In this document: one piece after another, positions 26,950 through 36,592 of the stretch
Layout: each line of letters begins with the position of its first letter
Position numbering within the stretch: the stretch's first letter is position 1
From: Eubacteriales bacterium
GTDB lineage: Bacteria > Bacillota > Clostridia > Oscillospirales > CAG-272
Reading direction: 5' to 3'
NCBI GenBank assembly: GCA_045538895.1
Contig: JAZQEH010000013.1
Location: forward strand, 1,496 to 65,495
Length of the DNA stretch: 64,000 nucleotides
Program-made: the position numbers and the translations under genes
The notes under the pieces: model-generated
Database searches by the model: none
Told to the model about the DNA's origin: nothing
What the model saw: only the letters and a program-made list of their open reading frames with translations

Positions 26950-28911
26950 TTAAACTACATCAAAAATGTCAAACTTCACCTCGTCTGCCGCAAGCTTTAC
27001 GCCGCAAACGTCCTGTACTTCGTCTGATACATTGTAAAGCACACGGAGGAGTTTTGTTTTATCTGCGTTGTAATACTCGCCACGCTTAATATAATAAGGA
27101 AGCGGACGTGTATCGATAACGGTAAACGTACCGTAATAGTAGAAATCCTTGTATTTATCAAGACATTCGGTGTGAAATGCAACCATCTTTGAATAGCCCT
27201 CGTCACAACCGATATGGCGGCGACAAACGTAAAGCTCTGCATCAAGGCGAAGTCCCATTACAAGAGCAAACTTCATCTGCTTTGGCGAACTGCCCTCGCT
27301 ATCACGGATACCTCGTGCAGTGCTTATAACCTCGGGGAATGTGTAGCGGAAAAGAGCCGGAAACTGGCTGCTCTTTATCTCGCAATTGCTGTTATTAAGA
27401 CCGCCGTGAATAAACTGTGCGTACGGTGCCGCAACGTCAACCACTATCTCACCTGCAAGCACCTTGCCCTCTTTTTCGCAATATGCCGCAGCCGCTTCAA
27501 AGAATTCACGCTTTGAAACCCATTCTTCATCGACACGGTTGCCGTGGTCATGCTTGTTATTGAAGCAGGGCTGTACGGGTGCAACGCAGTAGCAGTCGGT
27601 GAAAAGGCAATCCGCATCAAAGCTATTAAGCAGCTTAAGCTGCGAAAGTACCTGATTTCTCCAGAGCGATGTGCCTGTGCAGCAAAGCGGGAACTGCACC
27701 GAACCGTACGTAGCACGGAACTCGCCTCTGCCGGGATAAACAAACGATTGGCGGTATTCGTTGCCGTTGATATCAATAATGGCAACGTCCTTGCCGAACT
27801 TCTTGTAATAGTCAATCGAGGGATCCATGAAGTGACAGTTGCACTCAAGAATTATGCGTCCGCCCATCTTCTGAACCTTGTGAATATTCTCGCGGAGCTC
27901 ATCCCATGCACCGTCATACGGCTCTGTGTAAACAGGGTAATTTCTGTCCATGCCCTCTTTCCACCATGCAAAAAGGAAGATGGTATGTATTCCGCTCTTT
28001 GCGCCCTCCTCGTATATATGGGGCAGGTCGGATGCCTTATAATAATCTTCACCGTACTGCGAACGCATTATGATTCTCTGCCAGCCAGTGAGTTCCTTTA
28101 CCCACTTTTCTTTTTTGGGAACCTTGTAGAAGGTTTTCTCTGCCCATGCACGGTAAACGTCTGCACCGTTTCTCCAGTCACCGTTAAGGATGCCCAAAAC
28201 AGTAGGTGCCATTTCAAGGCTCTCACCGGGGCGTGCCATTGGCATATTGTTGACACCAACCATAAGGTTGAGCGGCTTTGCATGTATACGCTGTTTTACT
28301 GTGAGGAAGCACGCTCTTGCCTTTTCGTCATGTCTGCCGACATACAGAAAATGTCCGTTTGACTCTATACCGAACCATCCCATTGTAGCCTTGGGATAAT
28401 GCAGATGCCAGAAAACCTCTCTTTCATCGTGATAATACCAGTTGCGTACCATGCCCGCAAGATATTTCCACGGGTTTTCAACTCGTTGACCGAGACCGTT
28501 TGGCATGTAGATAACGTCATTTTCCTTTTCACCGAAAAGCTCGGTAAAATCCGCAAGCGGACACATGCACTCGTTTATACGTGTAACCTTGGTATTATTT
28601 ACAACACTCGGCGTAAACTTGATAAATCCGTCTTCAATCTCTGCTATAACGGTAAATTCAATATCATAAACGTCGCCGTATTCGCTGACAAGCTTACTGT
28701 AGGAAATGACAAGTTTTCCCTCTTCCTCTTTAACGCTTCCCTTCTGCATGCTCGATATCACCGGAATTTCGGTACGGAGTCCGTCATCGAGGATAAGTCT
28801 GAAGAAATCGGAGCCTTCTGTGGCTTTATCTTCCTTGCCACTGATGAAAAAGGTTGCGTTCTGTGCATCATCGTCAATTCTGAAATTCAAAAATTCTGTC
28901 TTTAGCAACAT
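26950..28911 (-). CDS. Uncharacterised cytoplasmic protein, 653 aa; possibly a TIM-barrel glycosidase-like enzyme
   Basis: Long ORF with no signal peptide. The central region (IHTIFLFAWWKEGMDRNYP..., GGRIILECNCHF) is suggestive of a barrel hydrolase. I cannot name the family with confidence. Confidence 0.6.
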   Translation of the reverse strand: MLLKTEFLNFRIDDDAQNATFFISGKEDKATEGSDFFRLILDDGLRTEIPVISSMQKGSVKEEEGKLVISYSKLVSEYGDVYDIEFTVIAEIEDGFIKFTPSVVNNTKVTRINECMCPLADFTELFGEKENDVIYMPNGLGQRVENPWKYLAGMVRNWYYHDEREVFWHLHYPKATMGWFGIESNGHFLYVGRHDEKARACFLTVKQRIHAKPLNLMVGVNNMPMARPGESLEMAPTVLGILNGDWRNGADVYRAWAEKTFYKVPKKEKWVKELTGWQRIIMRSQYGEDYYKASDLPHIYEEGAKSGIHTIFLFAWWKEGMDRNYPVYTEPYDGAWDELRENIHKVQKMGGRIILECNCHFMDPSIDYYKKFGKDVAIIDINGNEYRQSFVYPGRGEFRATYGSVQFPLCCTGTSLWRNQVLSQLKLLNSFDADCLFTDCYCVAPVQPCFNNKHDHGNRVDEEWVSKREFFEAAAAYCEKEGKVLAGEIVVDVAAPYAQFIHGGLNNSNCEIKSSQFPALFRYTFPEVISTARGIRDSEGSSPKQMKFALVMGLRLDAELYVCRRHIGCDEGYSKMVAFHTECLDKYKDFYYYGTFTVIDTRPLPYYIKRGEYYNADKTKLLRVLYNVSDEVQDVCGVKLAADEVKFDIFDVV

Positions 28912-29018
28912 GGTTTTTCACCTTTCGCAAATATTTTTCTATAACAAAATTACCATAGTTTACATATACGCAACAATCAATATTTCAAAAAACGATATTT
29001 TCGCAATCTTTTAAGATA

Positions 29019-29789
29019 TTATTGCAGTTTGCCCATACCGCTGTTTACCCATTCTCTGGGCGAGCACCCCTCACTGTTTAAAAAGGCTCTGTAAAAATTC
29101 GAATAGGTATCAAAGCCACATTCCTCACCGACTTGTGTAAAAGACAAATCAGTGCTCAATAATAGCTGCTTAGCTCTGGTGATCCGCATTTCGTTTATAA
29201 AGCTGTGAGGTGTTTTCCCCGTCTGTTTTTTAAATGCCTGTATAAAGTAGTTCTCTGTATATCCACAAAGCTTAGCCAGCTCTTTAACGGTATACTTTTT
29301 CTTAAAATCCTCCGATATGACTGCTAAAACCTTATCCGTTATACCTACCTTTATACTGATGTTATACTTTTCAAGTGCCATAAGTATGCCGTATATTACC
29401 GATGCTTTTTCAACCTTGGAAGCACCTGAATATATAAGTTCTTCCATCTTTTTAAAATGCGAAAGAAGCGTTTCTGTATCAAATCTTCCCCTGCACGGGA
29501 GCGTGTGTGTGCTTTTGTAAAAATTCTCTTTAAAATGAATATAGAAAACCAAGGGACAGTCGCATTTCAAATTTCCTTCCTGATGCAGACCGTGTTCCAT
29601 AATGTAGTATTCGCCGGCACCAAGCTCTATGGGCTCACCGTTAAAGGTGAAGCGGAACACACCGTCACACACCATAACCAGAACGTCCTGACTGCAAATA
29701 CGTGTTGTTGCGTGCTCTCCCTCTTTCAGTTGTACAAAAGCCGCCGCAGTCCATACCGGCATTGTATTTAGCGAAAATCCGTATGCCAC
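29019..29789 (-). CDS. AraC-family transcriptional regulator (cupin plus HTH)
   Basis: GTG start behind AAGGGGGTGAGA. AraC HTH is VKELAKLCGYTENYFIQAFKKQTGKTPHSF. Confidence 0.85.
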   Translation of the reverse strand: MAYGFSLNTMPVWTAAAFVQLKEGEHATTRICSQDVLVMVCDGVFRFTFNGEPIELGAGEYYIMEHGLHQEGNLKCDCPLVFYIHFKENFYKSTHTLPCRGRFDTETLLSHFKKMEELIYSGASKVEKASVIYGILMALEKYNISIKVGITDKVLAVISEDFKKKYTVKELAKLCGYTENYFIQAFKKQTGKTPHSFINEMRITRAKQLLLSTDLSFTQVGEECGFDTYSNFYRAFLNSEGCSPREWVNSGMGKLQ

Positions 29790-29842
29790 CCTCTCACCCC
29801 CTTTATTTCAGTATAACACAAATCTGTATTTTTGCAATAAAA

Positions 29843-30132
29843 AATCCCACTCGAAACGAGTGGGATTCAGCCTGATGACAAAGCCATCTGGCTGAGTGGA
29901 GGCTGAGAAACGCAGGCAGATTTTTGGATTTTTGTTTCGTCGGCGTACATGTGTACGGTAGAGACAAAAATCCGAAAAAGCAAGTAACGGCAAGGGCTTT
30001 TTAAGCCCTTTCCCCATTTTGTTTTTAATACGAAGTGGAAAATTATTTGTTCTTATTCCCTTTACTTTTATTTTTACTTGCGGTCTGACGTGTTTGTCAG
30101 CGCTCTGAATCCCACTCGAAACGAGTGGGATT
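29843..30132 (-). repeat. T element (240 bp, 29868-30107) with flanking 25-bp perfect direct repeats that duplicate the ABC-permease terminator hairpin
   Basis: AATCCCACTCGAAACGAGTGGGATT occurs at 29843-29867 and 30108-30132. The interior is an inverted copy of 13224-13464 with a 91-nt identical run. Confidence 0.85.
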
Positions 30133-30136
30133 AATT

Positions 30137-31126
30137 TTATCTTTCTTCACGGAAATATGAAAGTCCAAGACTCTGAGGAGGCTGGCTTTCACGCTTTTCA
30201 CGGATACTTGTAATAACAAGCACTATAATGGTTACAACGTAAGGAAGCATCTTGAGAAGCTCCTGAGCCGCAAAGCTCACGTTTACAACCGACCAGAGGA
30301 TGTAAAGTCCGCCGAAAAGGAACGCACCGAGTATGCCCACGTTAGGACGCCATACCGCAAAAATTACAAGTGCGATTGCAAGCCAACCGCGGTCACCAAA
30401 GCCGTCGTTTGCCCAGATACCCATGTAGTCAACTACGTAGTAAAGACCGCCAAGACCTGCAATCATACTGCCGATACAGGTTGCAACATACTTATACTTG
30501 TTTACGTTGATACCCGCCGCATCTGCGGTAGCAGGGTTTTCACCGACTGCACGGAGATGAAGTCCCACACGTGTGCGGTTAAGCACAAATGCCGCTACAA
30601 GCGCAATTACAACTGCAAGATAAACAAGAAATCCGTGCGAAAGGAAAATATCGCCGAACCAACCGAGTTTTTCTGCAAAGGGAAGATTTGTTTTAAACAA
30701 AATCTTTGTCTGCGGGAACGAAAGCGAGGTTTCGCCCGTACCCGAAAGCTTTGCAAGTGTACCGCCGAAAAAGTTACCGATACCGATACCGAATGTGGTG
30801 AGTGCAAGACCGGTTACATTCTGATTTGCACGGAGAGTAACGGTGAGGAAACAATAAATAAAGCCCATTACAAGCGAGCCGAGAAGCGCACTTACAAAAG
30901 GAATCAAAATCGCAAGCACGGGATTCATCGTATCAACAGAATGTTCATAAAGGAACGCACCCGCCGCACCTGAAATACCGCCAACGTACATGATACCGGG
31001 GATACCGAGGTTAAGATGTCCCGACTTTTCGGTGATGATCTCACCTGTCGAGCCGTAAAGCAACGGGATACCCTGCATTATTGCACGGGGCAAAAACAGA
31101 AGAATCGAAGATAAAAACGCCATCAT
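30137..31126 (-). CDS. ABC transporter permease (BMP/nucleoside-type importer)
   Basis: Polytopic membrane protein in an operon with a second permease, a double-NBD ATPase and a BMP lipoprotein. Confidence 0.85.
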   Translation of the reverse strand: MMAFLSSILLFLPRAIMQGIPLLYGSTGEIITEKSGHLNLGIPGIMYVGGISGAAGAFLYEHSVDTMNPVLAILIPFVSALLGSLVMGFIYCFLTVTLRANQNVTGLALTTFGIGIGNFFGGTLAKLSGTGETSLSFPQTKILFKTNLPFAEKLGWFGDIFLSHGFLVYLAVVIALVAAFVLNRTRVGLHLRAVGENPATADAAGINVNKYKYVATCIGSMIAGLGGLYYVVDYMGIWANDGFGDRGWLAIALVIFAVWRPNVGILGAFLFGGLYILWSVVNVSFAAQELLKMLPYVVTIIVLVITSIREKRESQPPQSLGLSYFREER

Positions 31127-32229
31127 TTTGTTTTTACCTCCTTTTCACGGAATTTGATCTGATAATTAATAAAGAACTCACTGCCGATGATGAAGAAAAT
31201 AATAATACCCGCAATGATGTCGGAGAACGCCTGATTAAGTCCGAGGTCGGTCGCAACCTGACCTGCACCCTTCTGCATAAATACAAGGAGGAACGACGTA
31301 AGAATCATGAATAGGGGATTGAACTTCGCAAGCCACGAAACCATAATTGCAGTAAAGCCTCTGCCGCCGATTGTGTCGGGGGTAATGGAGTGGTCGGAGC
31401 CTGCAACAAGCAAAAAGCCTGCAATACCGCAAAGTGCGCCGGAGATTATCATGGTACGGATAATTACGGTCTTCACGTTTATACCGATGTAGCGTGCGGT
31501 GTTTTCACTCTCACCTACAACGGAAATCTCGTATCCGTGCTTGGAATACTTAAGGTAAATATACACAATAACCGTAAGTGCAAGCACGATAAGAATGCTG
31601 AGCAGATACTTCTGTCCGAAAACCTTGGGGAGCCAGCCTATATTGGTGGCACCGTTGATCATACCGATCTGTCCCGAGCCCTTCGGCACCGCCCAGATGT
31701 TTGCAAAGTATGAAACTATCTGCATTGCAATATAGTTCATCATAAGGGTAAAAAGTGTTTCGTTTGTACCCCAGTGTGCCTTGAAAAATGCAGGAATGAA
31801 TCCCCAGATAGCACCTGCAACAATACTACCGATAAGCATTACGGGAATCATAAGCCAATTCGGAACGGTACCGGTAAGCTTAAGCATACAAGCCGCCGCA
31901 ACGAAGCCGCCGATAAGAGCCTGTCCCTCAGCGCCGATGTTCCAGAATCGCATTTTGAATGCAGGAGTTACCGCAAGTGATACGCAAAGAAGCATCGCAA
32001 GTGCTTGAAGCAGATTCCAGATTCGGTGTGATGAACCAAACGCACCTTTAAACATGGTGGTATAAATATCAAAGGGATTCTCTCCGGTTATAAGCACGGA
32101 AACAACGCCGCTGAAAATGAGCGCTGCGAGAACTGCAACGATTCTGATAAGCCATGACTTCCACCAGACGATAGCACCACGCTTTACAATATGGAAGAGA
32201 GGTTCACGTGTCTTTTCATGCTTTGCCAT
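31123..32229 (-). CDS. ABC transporter permease (BMP/nucleoside-type importer)
   Basis: Polytopic membrane protein. It overlaps the downstream permease by 4 nt. Confidence 0.85.
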   Translation of the reverse strand: MAKHEKTREPLFHIVKRGAIVWWKSWLIRIVAVLAALIFSGVVSVLITGENPFDIYTTMFKGAFGSSHRIWNLLQALAMLLCVSLAVTPAFKMRFWNIGAEGQALIGGFVAAACMLKLTGTVPNWLMIPVMLIGSIVAGAIWGFIPAFFKAHWGTNETLFTLMMNYIAMQIVSYFANIWAVPKGSGQIGMINGATNIGWLPKVFGQKYLLSILIVLALTVIVYIYLKYSKHGYEISVVGESENTARYIGINVKTVIIRTMIISGALCGIAGFLLVAGSDHSITPDTIGGRGFTAIMVSWLAKFNPLFMILTSFLLVFMQKGAGQVATDLGLNQAFSDIIAGIIIFFIIGSEFFINYQIKFREKEVKTK

Positions 32230-33761
32230 TACTTTTCTCCCCCTTCGCTCTGACTCTTGGTCATAAGCAGACCGATTTCTTCTTTAGTGGCGGTTCTCGC
32301 ATCCACAATACCGGTAACTCTACCGCCGCCGATAACGAGAATTCTGTCACAAAGCTCAAGCAAAACGTCAAGGTCTTCGCCTACAAAAATAACGGCTACT
32401 CCCTGCTCCTTTTGCTGATTTAAAAGATTATATATAAGATAAGAGGAGTTGATATCAAGACCTCTTACAGGATATGCTGCCATAAGAACGGTGGGTGCAG
32501 CCGCAATTTCACGACCTACAAGCACCTTTTGTACGTTACCGCCGGAAAGACGGCGAACGGGTGTATTTGCACCCGGAGTTACTACCTCAAGGCGGTTAAT
32601 GATATCCTCGGCAAGTGCTTTAGGCCCTTTACGCTCAAGGAATACCGAATTACCCTTGGAGTAGCTGCGTAGCATCATGTTATCTACAATATCCATATTT
32701 CCTACAAGTCCCATGCCAAGACGGTCCTCAGGCACAAATGAAAGACGTACACCTAAGTCACGTATCTGTATAGGAGTTTTACCGCGGAGGTCATCGACCT
32801 CGCCTGTCTTGGGATTGTAGTAGTAAATGTCGCCCTCATTTATCTTCTGAAGACCTGCAATAGACTCAAGAAGTTCTCTCTGTCCGCTGCCTGCAATACC
32901 CGCGATACCTAAAATCTCGCCTGAGTTTGCAACAAACGAAACATCGTCAAGCACCCTTACGCCCTCACGGTTAAGGCAGGTAACGTCCTTGACTTCAAGG
33001 CGTTTCTGTACGTTCTTGGGCTCGGTGCGGTCAATATTGAGTTCAACCTTTTTACCCACCATCATTTCGGTGAGTGCCATTTCATCAGTTTCAGCCGTGT
33101 TTACAGTACCTGCATACTTACCCTTACAGAGTACCGAAACTCTGTCGGAAAGAGAAAGCACCTCATGCAGCTTATGTGTGATAATTACGATAGCCTTTCC
33201 GTCGCTACGCATATTACGAAGCACCTTGAAAAGCTTCTGCGTTTCCTGAGGAGTAAGCACTGCGGTAGGCTCGTCCAGAATGAGAATGTCTGCACCACGG
33301 TAAAGCACCTTGATTATCTCAACGGTCTGCTTTTCCGAAACCGACATCTCGTAAATCTTTTTGTTCGGATCAATTTCAAAGCCGTACTGCTCGCTGATTT
33401 CTTTTACACGTGCAGCCGCCTTTTTAATGTCATATTTACCGTCATTCTCAAGACCGAGAATGATATTTTCGGTAGCGGTGAAAACATCAACAAGCTTAAA
33501 ATGCTGATGAATCATACCGATACCGTACTTGAAGGCATCCTTGGGCGAGCCGATAACTACCTCTTCACCGTCAATAAAGATCTGGCCGTGGTCGGGATAG
33601 TAAATACCCGCAATCATATTCATAAGTGTGGTCTTGCCGCTTCCGTTTTCTCCGAGAATTGACAAAATCTCACCGCGGTTAACGGTAAGGTCAACGTTAT
33701 CGTTAGCAACAACACTGCCAAAGGTCTTGGTTATACCTTTAAGTTCAATAGCTACGCTCAA
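32229..33761 (-). CDS. ABC transporter ATP-binding protein with two nucleotide-binding domains
   Basis: Walker A GENGSGKTT and signature LSGGNVQKV. 510 aa. Confidence 0.9.
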   Translation of the reverse strand: MSVAIELKGITKTFGSVVANDNVDLTVNRGEILSILGENGSGKTTLMNMIAGIYYPDHGQIFIDGEEVVIGSPKDAFKYGIGMIHQHFKLVDVFTATENIILGLENDGKYDIKKAAARVKEISEQYGFEIDPNKKIYEMSVSEKQTVEIIKVLYRGADILILDEPTAVLTPQETQKLFKVLRNMRSDGKAIVIITHKLHEVLSLSDRVSVLCKGKYAGTVNTAETDEMALTEMMVGKKVELNIDRTEPKNVQKRLEVKDVTCLNREGVRVLDDVSFVANSGEILGIAGIAGSGQRELLESIAGLQKINEGDIYYYNPKTGEVDDLRGKTPIQIRDLGVRLSFVPEDRLGMGLVGNMDIVDNMMLRSYSKGNSVFLERKGPKALAEDIINRLEVVTPGANTPVRRLSGGNVQKVLVGREIAAAPTVLMAAYPVRGLDINSSYLIYNLLNQQKEQGVAVIFVGEDLDVLLELCDRILVIGGGRVTGIVDARTATKEEIGLLMTKSQSEGGEK

Positions 33762-33829
33762 AATTATACCTCCGTAATAACAAGTGTAGGAGAGGCAAAA
33801 TGCCTCGCCTTATATACTTGTAAAAAGAA

Positions 33830-35041
33830 TTAATATGCGTCGTTAAGAAGAGTGATGCCGTCGATTCTTACATCGAAGTAAGGAGCACTGCGGAACTTGG
33901 ATTCATAGAATACGCCGTCCTCGATAACTTCAGTGTCCTTTTCGTATGCAGCATCGGTATCAACGTCTGCAAGGTAGGAATCAAGAGCTACGCCGCCTAC
34001 AGTGAAGGTGGAAGCATCGAATACGTTAACGGTGCCTGCGATAAGAGCAGCCTTAACTTCCTCGATCTTTTCAACAGTGCCTGCAGCTGCAGCCTGAGTG
34101 TTAACATCGGTGAGAAGTACGGACTCAGTGTCAATGGTGCCTGTCCAGTCGTTAGCAACCTTTTCACCCTTTACGAGAGTGTTTACAACATACTCATAGT
34201 AAGGAGCCCAGTTGATTCTGGAAGATACGATAAAGGTGTTGGGGCAAGCTGCTACAGTAGAACCGTTGTAGGAAACGTTAGGAACGCCTGCTTCTTCACA
34301 AGCAGTAGGAGCACCCATGGAGTCAGCATGCTGGCTGATGAGTACGCAACCCTCGTTGAGAAGCTTGGTAGCTGCTTCCTTCTCTGCTGCTTCGTCATAC
34401 CAAGAGCCGGTGAACTGAACCTTCATGGTTACAGAGGGGCAAATGGACTTAGCGCCGAGATAGAAAGAGGTGTAACCGGAGATAACTTCTGCGTAGGTGT
34501 ATGCACCAACATAGCCCATAACAGCCTGTTCAGCAGTAATCTTGCCAGCTTCGATCATTTCGTTGAGCTTCATACCTGCAGCAACACCTGCAAGGTAACG
34601 GCCCTCGTAAATGGATGCGAATGCGTTAGCAAAGTTATCGAGCTTTTCGGTGTGAGCCATAGTACCGGTTGCATGGCAGAACTGAACGGAAGGATATTCC
34701 TTTGCTGCCTGAAGAATGTAGGACTCATGGCCGAAAGAGTTTGCAAAGATGATGTTACAGCCGTCAGCAGCAAGGTCTACTGCTGCTTCGTAGCACTCAT
34801 TACCCTCGGGAATGTTGGTCTTGATAACCCACTGGTCATCCTTAAGGCCGAGGTTTGCAACTGCTTCCTTGAAAGCTTCGATGAAGTTCTTGTCGTAAGT
34901 TGAGTTTTCATCGTGGAGACAGATAAGACCGAACTTAACGTCTTCAACGGAGTTGATGCCGGCTGTTTCTTCGTTTTCACCGCAAGAAACGAAAGCAAAC
35001 ATCATTACTGCAACAAGAACAAGTGCGAGTAACTTTTTCAT
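33830..35041 (-). CDS. BMP-family (Med/PnrA-like) substrate-binding lipoprotein
   Basis: Start MKKLLALVLVAVMMFAFVSCG (lipobox) sits behind GGAGGA. The longer track ORF to 35107 is rejected. Confidence 0.85.
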   Translation of the reverse strand: MKKLLALVLVAVMMFAFVSCGENEETAGINSVEDVKFGLICLHDENSTYDKNFIEAFKEAVANLGLKDDQWVIKTNIPEGNECYEAAVDLAADGCNIIFANSFGHESYILQAAKEYPSVQFCHATGTMAHTEKLDNFANAFASIYEGRYLAGVAAGMKLNEMIEAGKITAEQAVMGYVGAYTYAEVISGYTSFYLGAKSICPSVTMKVQFTGSWYDEAAEKEAATKLLNEGCVLISQHADSMGAPTACEEAGVPNVSYNGSTVAACPNTFIVSSRINWAPYYEYVVNTLVKGEKVANDWTGTIDTESVLLTDVNTQAAAAGTVEKIEEVKAALIAGTVNVFDASTFTVGGVALDSYLADVDTDAAYEKDTEVIEDGVFYESKFRSAPYFDVRIDGITLLNDAY

Positions 35042-35223
35042 TTTCTTTTCCTCCAAATATACCATTTTTGATTTTTTGAGAATTTTCTTCTCTGCATAAT
35101 GGTTCATTTTATTTTACCAAATTATTACTACAATTTACAAGTTACATTTTCGACGAAAATCACACTGCTTTTTTTTGCGTTTTCAACAATTCTTACAATA
35201 CAGTATTTTTTAAACAATACATA

Positions 35224-35252
35224 TTGTAAAAAAACTTAATTTGTGATATAAT
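35224..35252 (+). promoter_or_regulatory. Sigma-A-type promoter candidate
   Basis: TTGTAA, 17 nt, TATAAT with TGn extension. Confidence 0.45.
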
Positions 35253-35284
35253 ATTTTAAATGATTTCAAAAGGAACGTGAAGAA

Positions 35285-35551
35285 TTGAAACTGCCAGTTA
35301 AAATACTCATTACCGTGCTTGTAACACTGCTTTGTGCTTCACTTATGGCATATAGCATTCTCGGTGTAATACTGCTCGGTCCTTCAAAGGATGCAGGACG
35401 CATGCTTTTAACCTCGCTCAACGAGTCGGGTATGAGCTTTGTACCCCGTCTGTACATGAATGAGGACAGAATTGAAGAACTGCTTAATTCATATGATAAC
35501 GGCGAAGTACACGACATAAAAACCGTTACAATAACAACTTCGCATAATTAA
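35285..35551 (+). CDS. Small membrane-anchored protein of unknown function
   Basis: TTG start. The N-terminal TM is ILITVLVTLLCASLMAYSILGVILL. 88 aa. Confidence 0.45.
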   Translation: MKLPVKILITVLVTLLCASLMAYSILGVILLGPSKDAGRMLLTSLNESGMSFVPRLYMNEDRIEELLNSYDNGEVHDIKTVTITTSHN

Positions 35552-35570
35552 TACAGAAACAAGGAACGCT

Positions 35571-36554
35571 ATGAAAGATTTTTATGTAAAACCCGAACTT
35601 GTCGTTGCCGAAACCGACGAAGAGTTTATTGTTTTCGAACCGCCGAAGATGCCTTTCTGGCAAAAACTGCTGATTTATTGCTCGATCTGGCTTGTTCTGA
35701 CATTTATTGTTTCGGTTTTCACGCACTCGGTGTGCAAGCAATATGCAGCAGCACAGCCGGAAACTGCAATAACATCATATATGTCGCTTGCAAAGCAGGA
35801 AATATTCTTTGACGCTATTTCCTCCGCTATGCCCGGGCATGACAATAAATACGAGCCGACATACAGCACCGCAGGCAGAATTGCAAACATGTATACAAGT
35901 CCTCTTTCGTTTGCAAAACTTTCAAACGAATTTACCGAGGAGAATCCCGTTTACATTATCAAACACAACGGTGAAAATATGTTCAAGGTTACGCTCGAAT
36001 ACGGTGACCCGACAGGATTTATGAAATTCCGCGGCTATCGTGTGATGAAAACCGAGCTCGTCAATGAAAACTTATTGACTCTTAACTCCTACAACGTTGT
36101 ATTCTCATCCGACTCGTTTGTTTTTATAAACGAGCGCAAACTTGATTCACAGCTTACAGGCGTGTTTGAGATGTTTGACGTTTTCGGCAATAACAACTAC
36201 TACGGCATTGTACTCAAAGACATGCTGCTTGAACCTAAAATAATGGTTCAACGCTTCAACTACACAAACTATACAACCACAACGCTTGACTGTAAGCGTG
36301 TTGATGATTATTTCATATTCCCATACAAGGGCGGAGAACTCCATACCGTTAAATTCTCGGCACCGTCCGGAGCCACGGTAAAAATTGGCGACAAAGAGGT
36401 TTCAGACTTCTTTATAACCTCTACAGAAATTGTTAACGGCGTAGAAATGAGCGTATACACCGTACCTACCGTATACGGTGAACAACCTGTTACCGCGTAT
36501 ATCAACGAAAAAGAAGTTGAAGTTACCGTAATAGCAAACGAAAATCTCAAATAA
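35571..36554 (+). CDS. Membrane-anchored protein of unknown function (327 aa)
   Basis: ATG start, one TM (LLIYCSIWLVLTFIVSVF), and a beta-rich extracytoplasmic part. I cannot recall a matching family. Confidence 0.55.
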   Translation: MKDFYVKPELVVAETDEEFIVFEPPKMPFWQKLLIYCSIWLVLTFIVSVFTHSVCKQYAAAQPETAITSYMSLAKQEIFFDAISSAMPGHDNKYEPTYSTAGRIANMYTSPLSFAKLSNEFTEENPVYIIKHNGENMFKVTLEYGDPTGFMKFRGYRVMKTELVNENLLTLNSYNVVFSSDSFVFINERKLDSQLTGVFEMFDVFGNNNYYGIVLKDMLLEPKIMVQRFNYTNYTTTTLDCKRVDDYFIFPYKGGELHTVKFSAPSGATVKIGDKEVSDFFITSTEIVNGVEMSVYTVPTVYGEQPVTAYINEKEVEVTVIANENLK

Positions 36555-36592
36555 TAAAAACGAGTCAGCAAAAAATGCTGACTCATTTTTAT
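36555..36592. terminator. Bidirectional intrinsic terminator
   Basis: GAGTCAGCA-AAAAA-TGCTGACTC flanked by an A-run and a T-run, between convergent genes. Confidence 0.75.

Noticed and set aside
35042-35284. Possible riboswitch upstream of the BMP ABC importer.
   Set aside because: The roughly 240-nt AT-rich leader shows no purine, PreQ1 or other riboswitch core that I can recognise. It contains mainly promoter-like elements for the divergent genes.
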